The notes under the pieces were generated by a model, which saw only the letters and a program-made list of their open reading frames with translations, was not told the DNA's origin and did not search any database. This document shows, piece after piece, positions 42,928-54,400 of a DNA stretch of 64,000 nt; positions within the stretch are counted from its first letter, which is position 1, and each line of letters begins with the position of its first letter. A program made the position numbers and the translations under genes. The DNA lies in assembly GCF_009914755.1 (NCBI RefSeq), contig NC_060947.1, one strand, 5' to 3'. Source of the DNA: the human T2T-CHM13v2.0 reference genome, Homo sapiens.

Positions 42928-43163
42928 CTACTTTCACAAAGAGTGAGACAGTGAAAAATTAGGCAACACTCAACATTTGATTTTCTGCAATCCCTTCTTC
43001 CTCTTTTATTTTTCCCATGAACAGATGAAAGAAGAGGGAGGATGAATAACCACCAAGCATAATTAACATTTGTGTCATCACTGAAGATTTAAAACAAGAG
43101 TACTACGAATAAGTTAGGAAACATTGATTACATTAAATTATAATTAAGCCAAATACCCTAGTC

Positions 43164-43351
43164 CAATGGTTATAAAACTGTGGCTTCCAGACTAGTAACA
43201 TCAGCATCACCTAGAATTTGTTAGAAATGCAAATTTTGGGGTCCCTACAGGGCCTACTGAATCAGAAACTTGTGTGGGTAGAGACCAGAAATCTGTAGCT
43301 TAACAAGCCCTCTAGATGATTCTGTATATCCCTAAAGTCTGAGAACCCCTG
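43164..43351 (+). mobile_element. MER5A hAT DNA transposon
   Basis: catcagcatcacctagaatttgttagaaatgcaaatt...cctactgaatcagaaact; 8-bp TSD-like ccctagtc/ttctagtc. Confidence 0.85.
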
Positions 43352-43483
43352 TTCTAGTCCTTTAGCCTACTCGGTTTTCTCCAAGTCTTTATCTTTTTTT
43401 CCTTTCTCTTCATCTTGTGCTTTACTCTAACTAGTGGGTCCAGAGGGAATATTACTTGTCCTCATATTAGAACTTAGCACTAA

Positions 43484-43936
<453 letters not shown>

Positions 43937-45957
43937 TAGAATGTTCCAAATGAACAACACTGCACTGAAATGTATTAGAAAATTAGAGCTCTCAAATTAG
44001 TCTCATCTAGGGATGCCTATTAATATACAGAAGCTTCTAAAATATTTCTCCATTTGTATTTAAGGTCTTTACAAAAGGCAAATTAAAATTTAAGCAACTA
44101 ATTGATCTAAAAAAAAATATAAATCTGCCTTGCACTCTTTGCTGACAGCTATGGGTGACAGGATTAGACACATACAGGACCATGGAACATGGGGAATTTT
44201 TTGTCTCCCCAAAGGGGGAAACTTGGGGGCGTATGGGAATGCTGGAAAAGATCCCTTCATGGATGGCAAGTGGCTGTCTGAACTTTTGATTCAGTGTTGC
44301 TGCAATGAGTGGGTCTTTCTCTGGTCTCCCCGAGGTTCTTGCCTTCCCCATCTCACTGCAGGCAATGCTTTTCTCTCTCTCTTTGTCTCTTTTTTCTTTC
44401 CTATCTTTTCTTTACTCAGGATGACCACCATGCCCAGAGACCACATGTTAAAACTCCTTTAATCTTCTTTGAAGGGATTAAAGATGACAGAGCCCAACCA
44501 GTGGCAAGTTTAAGCCTGGCCCGTTCGATATTGGGCACTAAGCAGAGTGGCTAATGTCTATGTTTTGTCACATATATTTTGCTCTGACTGGAATGGAAAG
44601 TGTTAATTTGGGTCCTCCATGCAGCTGGTTGCGTGGCAACTTACAAAATTGATAAGCTTTTGCCTATGGTTCCACGAAACCAAAAAAGATGATTTTCCTT
44701 TGTGTTGTGACTTGGGCCCCATGGCTATGGAGCAGCTGGCAGGGTTGCTAGTGCCACTCAAGGAAAGGGAACCCGGGCACATGTCAGCAAAAAGGGTAAG
44801 GATTTCTTAGCAGTCAGACTTCTGACCTCTCTGTCTCTGTGCAAACTGGTTGAATGAATGGTAAAAATCACTGTTTATCTCCTCTGTAAAGTTTTGACTA
44901 ATGGGAAAAAAAGATTTGTGAGGTTAGTTTTAAGCTGTAGCAAATCTGTTGTACTTTGTGCTATGAATTTGTCCTTCCCCATTGTTCTGTCATAAAAAGG
45001 GGTACCACCACAGGATAGAATGCAGGCCTAGGACCCCCAGAAGCTCACTGTTCAAGCCAGCCCAGCAAACTAGTCAGTTGCAAGTCCCTGAAACAACAAC
45101 AACAACAAAACTGGATAAGGTTTTCCTCTTGTCTTGTTTTAAACTCTTGGGAGCTTGACCTTGTAACCACATGGTGGTACTTTCTCTGCCATCCAGGGAA
45201 CAGGATTTGAGGGTTTATGTCATAGTTAGCTCTAAAAATCATCTTGAGCAATTAAAAGCCATTGCAACAAGCTCAAATTTTACTGCTCTAGGCTCCTTCT
45301 GGGAAGAGTAATAGAAACCATCCAAATGCTGTAGCTTAGCAGCTAAGGCTTTGCAATTTTATAATGGTGACCTAGGTTCAATCCTGGCTTAGGGAATAAG
45401 TACTTTCTGTGTGACCTTTAACCATTTATTGATTCTGTTCTTCTCCATGAGCAACTTCTGACTTCCCATCTTGAAGTTTCCTTTCTCTGAGCACCTGGGG
45501 GTTTACTTCTGGGTAAAGTGCAAAAGCCAGAAATATTTGCTATTTTTAGTTTCTTTCTGGCTAGAGTCGGGTAATAAGATATTTGGTTAAAAGTCAGCTT
45601 AATTAAAAGCAGATATTCAATCTATAGACATATTTTTAAAGTTTTTATGTTTTTTCTCTCTTCTTAGATCTTGGAGTTTTGTGTGTTTTTTTTTTTTTAA
45701 GTGTTTTTCTTTTCAGTCAACTGAATTGTTTTTCTCCATTTTGTCTTCTTACCTCTCTTGATGCACACATGAGGGGACCTAAGATAACTTCTAACGTGTT
45801 GTAACTCCTTGGAAAAAACAGAGGAGATGCCACAGATCCCATTTTGGGAAAAAAACTCTGTTTTCCTCATGAAATCACAGTAATTGAAAGCAAATAGATC
45901 CCTCTCAAAATCTAAGGCTAAATATACTTTTGTGGGTGGCAAATGGCAGTTATGGGG

Positions 45958-46337
45958 TGATACGTTTAGGCTTTGTGTCCCTACCCAAATCTCATCTTGA
46001 ATTATAATCCCCATAATGCCCACGTGTCAAGGGAGAGACCCAGTGGAGGTAATTGCATCGTGAGGGTGATTTACCCTATGCTGTTCTCATGACAGTGAGT
46101 GAGTTCTCACAAGAACTGGTGGTTTTATAAGGTGTTTGGTAGTTCCTGCTGCATTTATTATCCTTCCTGCTGCCTTGTGTAGAAGACGCCTTGCTTCCCC
46201 TTCACCTTCTGCCATGATTATAAGTTTCCCTAGGCTTCCCCATCCATGCTGAACTGTGAGTCAATTAAACATCTTTCCTTTATAAATTACCCAGTCTCAG
46301 GCAGTTCTTTATAGCAGTGTGAAAATTGATTAATACA
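45958..46337 (+). mobile_element. THE1D-like LTR inserted in the ERV
   Basis: tgatacgtttaggctttgtgtccctacccaaatctc...taataca; TSD tgggg/tggag. Confidence 0.9.
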
Positions 46338-46584
46338 TGGAGGGGATACTCAGCTCTTTGCATGTTTGAATAAAAAAAGCATGCTCTTGGCCACCTAGAA
46401 AGTATGTAAATGGCCCCAGCCCCCACTGAGAGATAAGACTCCCATGGGAAATGAGCTAATCACAGAATGGGCTGATGAACGTTGGGTTGCTTTGCAATGA
46501 AATGCACAGTAAAATCATTGCATTGTCTTGTTCCATAGCATTTCTCTTTTGAGGATCCAGGATCCAGTATAAAAATGGAACCCT

Positions 46585-47079
46585 ATTAGGTCAGTTTCTT
46601 CAGCTAGTGGAGGTGGGTCCCACAAGTTCAACCTGTAAGGTTGCCCTTGGAAGGAGAAGGAATCAAAGCCTGGAGCCAGGTCAGGGCTTACCTGGATCAC
46701 CTATAGGGACAAGGGGAAGTGAACCCTCAGAAGAGCCAATGTCACAGTGCAGGAGATGGGGATGTACAACCATCCAAAACAACTTGTGGCTTTAAGTTTC
46801 AAGCTTTAAGACCAGAAGGGTCAATTTTTATGTTTATCCAAAAACAACTGTTTATGGGACTATTAGGTTGGTTTCAGTAGCTACATGTAGCCACTGAGCA
46901 CCTGAAAGGTGGCTGGTCTCAGTTGAGATGAGCAGCAACCATAAAACACACATTAGATTTTGAAGCTTGGTACGATGGAAAGAGTGTATCTCACTAATAA
47001 GTTTTTTATATTGATAACATGTTGAAACAGTAGTATTTTTGATGTATTGGATTAAATAAAATATATTATTAAAATTTTA
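46585..47079 (+). other. Non-viral insert in the ERV (probable L1-mediated retrocopy or orphan transduction)
   Basis: Flanked by aaaaatggaaccct (46571-46584) and aaaaatgggactgt (47080-47093); AATAAA at 47055-47060. Confidence 0.6.
46875..47078 (+). mobile_element. MER33-like DNA transposon fragment within the insert
   Basis: gtagccactgagcacctgaaaggtggct...ttgagatg...tatattgataacatgttgaaa...taaataaaatatattattaaaatt. Confidence 0.75.
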
Positions 47080-49664
47080 AAAAATGGGACTGTGAATTGT
47101 TGGGGATGTGTTTAGCCTTCCAGCTGTGCTTGCTAATTAAGCCCTAGAAACTGCATGTTTTCCTTGACCTCTTCCTAGAAGGACTCCACCCTGAAACCAG
47201 TAATGCAATTAAGAAACTTAGAGACTGGCAAATAAAAAATTGTACAATCACTGGATTTTCTTCTGTCTTTCTGTGTATTTATATGTGTTCTGTGTGCGTC
47301 ATTTACCTATGAAAGAGCTCTGATTAATTGGCTTGAAAATAATAAGCTCTTTAATCAAATATTTTGTTAGGAAAATAAAAACAATAGTACCTTTTAGTTC
47401 ATGTGACTTTAGTAGGCCTTGGAAAACAAAGAGTTTTAAAGATTATTGGTAAAATAAAGACATTTGGTCTAAATTAGGCAGGTCAGATATTAGATTTGCT
47501 AAATGCTTTAAGGTAATAAACTGCTTCTTTGACTTTTGACAGTTGTTCAACTTACCTGATTTGGAGCCATTAGCCTAGGTAAGGGCTAGGGACATGTGGA
47601 GTTAGCCAAGGCTACTGGCTATGCTGTAAAGAGTTAGACTTTATCTGCACATCTGTCTTGTGTTCTAGGCTCCACACCTAATACATAATTAAAATCACTT
47701 AGCAAGCCTTTCACTAAAAATAAAAATTGCTAAGAGATAACATTGTAATGTAATTGAGACTATTGAAAAAACAGTTTTACATGCAAAGTGTGTGAGGAAA
47801 GTGAAATGTGCTTTTGGCAAAAGATGATAAGAAGGCCTAGAAATACGGATTTTTTTGCTTGGATTAAAGGGTTAAAAGGTTATTTTAAATTAGAAAGGAT
47901 AAAGCTGAAAATTTGACCAAGTTATGGAAGGTTGTGAGAGATTAATCTTGTAAAAGAAATATCTAGTGAAAATTAAAGGGGTATTATTCAATTTTTCTGT
48001 AAATTGAACATTGGGGTAAAAGCAAAACAGGATTTTCTTAGACCACTGATATGCTTTTTAATAAAAATTCATAAAGGGTTATAAAAGGTTTATGAGAATC
48101 TCACTTTATGGTCTAATTGTATAAGACTGGATATATTCGTATATAAGGTTTTATTAAAAATTGGGGTTGACATTAGGAGTACACTAATGCAAGCCTAAAA
48201 TTCAGCTTTCTTGAACAAAATTTTCATGTAATATTGAAGGATAATGAAATATTTTTATCTGCCATTTGAATAAACTACAGGAAAAAGAAAGAAAAGACAA
48301 GACACAATTTTTCTGGAAAGCTAAGTCTTCCCTCTATCAATGAGTAAAGGTTTTTGCCTTTTTAAAATTTTTGAGTCATTATTTTGGCTAAATGAATAAC
48401 TTATGGTGACCTGGAATTATATTTTTATAATATCAAGTGTTTTAATCCTTCAACATATTTGACAGGCTTCCCCAAATCAAATTTCAGCTTCAAAATTGTC
48501 TTTTCTAATCTCTAACTTTGGGATGCTACAGAGGGCACCTGAAGCATCCAAAAGAGAGGTAAATAGGATTATTTGACATGTTAAGTTACATGGGGAGCAT
48601 TGTCAAAATAAAAAATAATGTTTAACCTTCTTCAGGTTATATTTTAGTGAATGGTGTTAATGTATGTTCCAAAATTTTATGGAATTTTTAAAATTCTAAT
48701 TGTCTGATTATACGTTATTAATCATAATTATGGTTATTAATGTTAAGTTATTGTAGACCACAGAAATAACCAAATTTCCTTGTCAATTGTGTCTTTAACG
48801 ATGAGTGTTTAAAGTCATTTCCACAGTTAATTGCTTAATTCTGATGCAGTTTCTAAAAAAACATCACAAGCACTCAGAATTCTAGAATATGGTGTCTTTT
48901 AGGAGGTTCATGAAAGAATGGAAAGAACCCTGAAAAGCACTCTTGAATACGGGTTTCTGGTAACTTTAGAATCATATCATTTAGACTGGGTAAGAATTCC
49001 TGGAACTATAATTAAAAGACTGACTGGTTTATAAACCTACTAACCCAAGGAGAACAAAAATTAAAAGAATACCAAAAAAATTTGCCAGATTTTCATGCTA
49101 AATCAGCGAATACTGAAATTGTTTAGATATACAACTTGAATGAACTCCATGGTCTAAGTAAAATGACCTATGATAACCCATCAGTTATCAGTGCTATGGA
49201 CCTAAATTGGAGAAACAACCGGTATTCAAGAGGACATAAGACCAATGTTAAGCATGGACTCTTGGAGAACCCTGACAGCAGCCTTGTCCTTCCTGAGTCC
49301 TTAAATCTTTCGTATTAAAGGTTCTGCGTTCCATGACTCATCATGAAAAAGATAAAATGATCCAAATTAAATATATATTGGTGTGGTGACTTCTAAATTG
49401 CTGAAATCGTTTATAACCAATGTTTGGTTTGTCAAACCCATATTCCTGGGAAGACAATCAAAGCTCTAGGTACATTTGGCTACCTGATGGGCCATTTAAA
49501 CATTTATAGAGGGATTAAATTCAGTTGTCACATTCAGTGCATTTTTTCTGGTTGTACAAAAGCTTTCCCATGCAAGAGGGCTGATGTTATAACAGTAGAT
49601 ATGTTATGCCACAGGGTATTTTCACCAGGTAAAGGAAGCTTTTTATGCCTGAGGACAATCAACT

Positions 49665-49860
49665 TCTTCACAATCTAGAACCTGAAGATTGCATCTTCTG
49701 AGAACATCAGAGAAAGACTGCCCTTTCCATCCACACTACAGAAAAACTTTGCGACCTTGAACTTTGAGATTATAATTTCACAACCGAGAAGGTTGCCTCC
49801 ACAATCTTGGAACTGTACACCCATTGGAACCCTTAAGGTAAAGCCTACCAGGGAAGTTTC
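49665..49860 (+). pseudogene. ERV pol/integrase C-terminal remnant
   Basis: Degenerate HNLEPED..F..HQRKT ... WNCTPIGTLKVK, resembling the 3' end of gammaretroviral pol; stops and frameshifts present. Confidence 0.45.
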
Positions 49861-50261
49861 TCCCCAGAAGAAGCTGGCATCTTTGATGTGAACAGCTTTT
49901 CCCAAGATCATGGATTAAGACTTCTCTACTACCATGAGGCTCTTACCTTTTAGTATTTTTTCCCTTGCTTATGCCTCTAAGGACAATAGAAGTGAAAAGG
50001 GGATCAGTTGTGTGCACTCATGGGGTATACTTTTATTTGTGAAGGATTTTGCAGCCAGCCTTACACATGCATAACCTTATACCTTACTAGATGGAAGATG
50101 AAGGCCCAACGTAGATGATAAATGTTAATGGTACATACTTTGCCTCATAATCAGTCAGAAACAGAACACTGGTTCACCCCTCTTAACCTACATCATGGGC
50201 TAAAGAAAAAATCTCTCAGAGGCCTTGACTTTTCTAGAAAGGCATCATTTGTGTGGTCCTT

Positions 50262-50670
50262 TTTCCATGGTTTGGAGTAAAAGAGGCGATGATTAGAAAT
50301 GTATCCCTCATGACAGGCTGTATAGCAGACTCTACTATAAAGGCTATGGTTACGCAACAGACTTTAAATTATCTTGCGAAAGTTATGCTAAATAATGGAA
50401 TTGCTCTAGATTAGTTACTGGCTAAACAGAAGTATCTGTGCAGCTGCGGGCACTTGTGCCCTATGGAAAAATACATCAAATGTAGATTATAGAGATTCAG
50501 TTGCAGGGAATTAACGAAGAGACTGCTTAGTTAAATGAGTAGACCCTTTATGTAGCTCATTATTTAATCTATTTAATTCTAGGTGGTTTGGTTTATGGGG
50601 ACCCTGGGCAAGGAGCATACCTCAAACTCTTGATACTATCCTCCTGATCATCATGCTGTATTGTCTCAAA
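50262..50670 (+). pseudogene. ERV env transmembrane-subunit remnant (ISD + CX6C region)
   Basis: Frame from 50262 reads FPWFGVKEAMIRNVSLMTGCIADSTIKAMVTQQTLNYLAKVMLNNGIALD*LLAKQ, then after a frameshift ICAAAGTCALWKNTS. Confidence 0.85.
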
Positions 50671-51241
50671 AGTTTTAAGCATTTGCATGCAGCCATCTCT
50701 AGAATGTCAAGTGGTCTGTCTTCAACTGAAATGACAAGAGCCAAAATAAATGTCTGGCCATGAGGGCACCATAACCTATGAATGACATGCTGAGACCAGA
50801 ATCCCAAAATGATGGTAACTGAGAGTGGTACTAGGCCCTAAGTTTTGGTCACACTCTCACCTAAGTGAGAATCTGACCAAAAGAGGGGAGTCTTATTAAA
50901 CTAAATTATGTGAGGCAATTGTTTTGGACTGAGCTCATGCACTAGGCCTCAACAGACCAGACCAAAGCAAAATGGAGTCACTCATGCTAAATATGACATA
51001 ATCAAACTAAGACTTTAAGACAACACAGACCAGGTTTTGTTTTTCTCCTGTGAACAGAACGTTCCAGCATAAAGAGGTACCTTCTACTCAGTCCTTGTTC
51101 CCACCTTGCAAAACCCACTGCTCTACCATTTCCCAGTGGATTTCAAGACCAAATAAGTACATTTACAATGGTGAGGGTGACATCAATGACTAAAGTTTTT
51201 ATCAATCTCTCAAAATTGAGAAGATGACCAAAAGCGGGGAA

Positions 51242-51641
51242 TAGTTAAATCAAGTTTCGGCTAAAGCTGCCTCCTTACATATTTTAAGTTCTGCCTAAAG
51301 GTTTCTCTGTATATCGTGAACTATAACAAGTGGAGGTGTAAATAGACTGCAGCTTACACTTTTGCCAATCACCAAGTTTTGGCCAATCAAATGTAGCCAG
51401 CTGTTTGAACTGTGTTCAAATAAGGCAAACATCAACCTGTAACCAATCCAGTTGTTTCTGTACCTCGCTTCTGTTTTCTGCACATCGCTTTCCTTCTTCT
51501 GTCCATAAATCTTCTTCTACCATGTGGCTGCACTAGAGTCTCAGAGCCTACACTGGCTCAGGAAGCTGCCTGATATAAGAACCATTCATTGCTCAATTAA
51601 ACTCCTTTGGATTTAATTTGGCAGAAGTTTTTCTTTTATTA
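51242..51641 (+). mobile_element. MER57A/B-like 3' LTR
   Basis: gttaaatcaagtttcggctaaagctgcctccttacatattttaagtt...; multiple CCAAT boxes; attaaa polyA signal near 51596. Confidence 0.88.
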
Positions 51642-51654
51642 CTGCAGTTAATTT

Positions 51655-52052
51655 TTTGCTTCATGGCTGGGGCTGGTGTCTCTCGTCTGAAGTGTTCAAT
51701 GGTGGGGATGGGGACAGTGGGGATCCACTTCCAAGCTCATTTATCTATATGTCAGTAGGTCTCAGTTTCTCTCCAGGTAAAGCCCCTTTACAGAACTTCC
51801 CTCACAACATGGCAGCCAGCTTCCTCCCATGTGAGGAATGCAAGACAGAGTAACAGAGAGTGCTCAAGACAAAAACCACCATCTTTTTATAACCTAATCC
51901 CAGAAGTCACATTTCATCACTTCTGTCATATTCTTATTTGTTAGAAGTGAGTCAGTAACTTCAGCCCATTTTCAAGAGAAGAAGATTACAAAACAGTGTA
52001 AAAATCAGCAGGCAGGGATCACTGTAGGGCAATTTAGAGGCTGCCTACCAAA
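51655..52052 (-). mobile_element. MLT1 (F/G/H-like) partial LTR
   Basis: ccctcacaacatggcagccagcttcc...catcacttctgtcatattct...tagaggctgcctacca. Confidence 0.75.
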
Positions 52053-52343
52053 CTAGCATACAAACACAAAGTACTGTCTTGCTTTCTTCTCCAGATTCAC
52101 AGAAGTCCTTAATTTTTCTCCAAAACTGAATTTTCATTTTTGGGCAATTATGATGTATATCATTAGATATTATTTAGTTGTAACTGGGGAAAAAGTGCTA
52201 ATACTATGTATTTTTTAACAAAACATAAAAAAGGCTGTTTTGAATTTCAGGAAGAGGTAGGGATGCTAAAAGTATTATAAAGATAGAGTATGTATATAGC
52301 TATCAACATAGATGTATAGATATTAAGATGGATAGTATATTAC

Positions 52344-52905
52344 TGTATCATTTAAGGTGTTGGCAGGAAACAGATTGTACACTTAAAAGTGTTGACTAAA
52401 AGATACATTTTAAAAGGACCTATTTACAGAGATGTTGACAGAGCTCCACAATCTAACAAGGGACTAGTGACAGCAGAAAGCCATTATGGGCCCAGGGCCA
52501 GGAAAGACAAGAGGAGGAAAAGGTGGTACCTTAACTTGGAGAAAGCTGGAGCCTTGGAACACAGAGTGACCTTTCGTATGTATATGAAGCACAACTGGGG
52601 ATCCTATTTAAATGGAGATTCTGATTGAAGCAAGCCAGGTATTCTGCATTTTTAGCAACTCCCAGGTGCTCCTGATGCTGCTGGTTCAAGGATCACACTT
52701 GAAATAGCAAGGGCCTAGTGACTCAACCACTGCAGAACCTCAAGGAAGCAGGGAAGAAACAGAAAGAATAAACCCATCAGTATCTCTTTCCTCCTCTCTT
52801 CCCACCTCCTAGAAGTGCCTCCCACTGTTTAAAATTAATCAAAAGCCGAAGGCAAAGACTGGATGATGTAGTCTATGAGAATGTTCCTGAGGCTCAGAGT
52901 GGAGC
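52344..52905 (-). mobile_element. Old ERVL-class LTR remnant with a MER5-like insert (~52590-52715)
   Basis: ggcaggaaacagat...ctatttacagagatgt; MER5-like gagattctgatt...gcatttttagcaactcccaggtg...gatcacacttga. Confidence 0.5.
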
Positions 52906-53254
52906 AAAAACAGCCATATTATACATAACGCCTTGTTTGTGTGGTTTCCTCACACACATACCTGTCAGTACTCAGCTAAATCAAGAAGGCTCCACTGTGG
53001 ATCACCAGCATTCTCTCTGCTTAGCTCTCTCTTTACAGATAACTTGTCCTATGAACTCTAGATGCTTTGGTTTCCCCAGACGTTCATCTCTGTCTTTTCA
53101 ACATAAGGAGTCTGCTGGGTTAGAACTAGGTCCCTCTTTTCCACACGGTCTTTTCCATATTCCTTTTTTTTTTTTTTTTGCTTCTTTCTGAGATTGTTCA
53201 TTTTTGGGTATTTCCAATATATTTCTTGCCTTTTGGATATTTCAGAAAGGATGG

Positions 53255-53683
53255 TGCTGTAGTTTAGATGTTTATTCCCCCAAAGCTCATATTGAAATTT
53301 GATTCCAATGTTGGAGGTGGAGCCTAATGGGAGGTGTTTGAGTCATGAGGCAGATTCCTCATGAATAAATTAATGCCCTCCCTGGGGTGATTGGAAGGCT
53401 ATGTAACTCTTATTAGTTCCTATGAGAGCTTTTTGTTAAAAAGAGTGTTGCACCTTCCCTCTGTTTTTCTCTTGCTTTTTTCCTTGCCATGTGATTTTGG
53501 CACATGCTGGCCCTCCATTGCCTTCTGCAATGAGTAGAAGCAGTCAGAGGCTCTCACCAGAAGTGGATGCAGGTGCCATGCTTCTTGTACAGCCTGCAGA
53601 ACCATGAGCCAAATAAGTCTCTTTTGTTTATAAATTACCCAGCATCAGATATTCCCTTTTAGCACTGCAAATGGATTTGCACA
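53255..53683 (+). mobile_element. MSTB-like LTR
   Basis: tgctgtagtttagatgtt...ttggaggtggagcctaatgggaggtg...cttgtacagcctgcagaaccatgagcc. Confidence 0.88.
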
Positions 53684-53929
53684 AATGACAAATCCAGCCC
53701 CTGTTACTCCATCTCAGTCAGAAGCAGAGATTCCTTACATGGATTATCGTTAATAATTTATTATTTAACCAGGTGCACTCTTGGTTACAGAATCATTTTT
53801 GATTGAGTCTATAGATACTTCTCTTTTAAAGAGGATGGGGGGAGGGTAAAGGATTGTCTTTTGCAATTTGAAAGGCAAGATTATATTAGTATTCCAGCTT
53901 TATTTATTTAAAAACCACTAGTGGAGAAG

Positions 53930-54400
53930 TGTTGTAGAACTTTGCTCCTTAGTGTAGCTAAAACCTAGCTTCTTGTCACATGACCAGAAAAATTTAGGCA
54001 CACAGACACATTGAAGTGTGAGTATAGCAGGACTTTATTTAGCAAAAAGGAAAAAATGAAAAAAAAAGAAGTCAGCAAAGTGAGATAGAGACCTGCTAAC
54101 AGGCTCTCTACCTCATAGATTGATTCCCAGGTCACCACATAGACTGAAGAAAGCAGGCTCCTCCCCTGCATAGGGTGTGAATTCCCTGTGGCTCCACCCA
54201 CTTCCCCCCACTTCTCCACCCACTTCCTCCACCCACATCCCCCATGTGCATGTTGGGCTCCAGTCCACTGTGGGCATGCCCAGACAAGCCCTGGCAAGCT
54301 TCCCTCATCTGCACAAAAACATCTAATGTAAATACTTGTGGGGCAGGTCAGAGATTCTCCAGGGACCCCTTATTATCTGCCTTGGCCTTTGACTGTCTCA
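53930..54400 (-). mobile_element. MER61-like ERV1 3' LTR
   Basis: tgttgtagaactttgctccttagtgtagctaaaac...ctgtctca; a reverse-complement PPT (ttcgcccctct) follows immediately. Confidence 0.8.

Larger units (their letters stand above)
43970..51241 (+). mobile_element. MER57-like (MER4-group) ERV1 internal region; 5' LTR missing
   Basis: Long AT-rich internal region ending in pol and env remnants and a PPT (accaaaagcggggaa) abutting the LTR. Confidence 0.8.
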
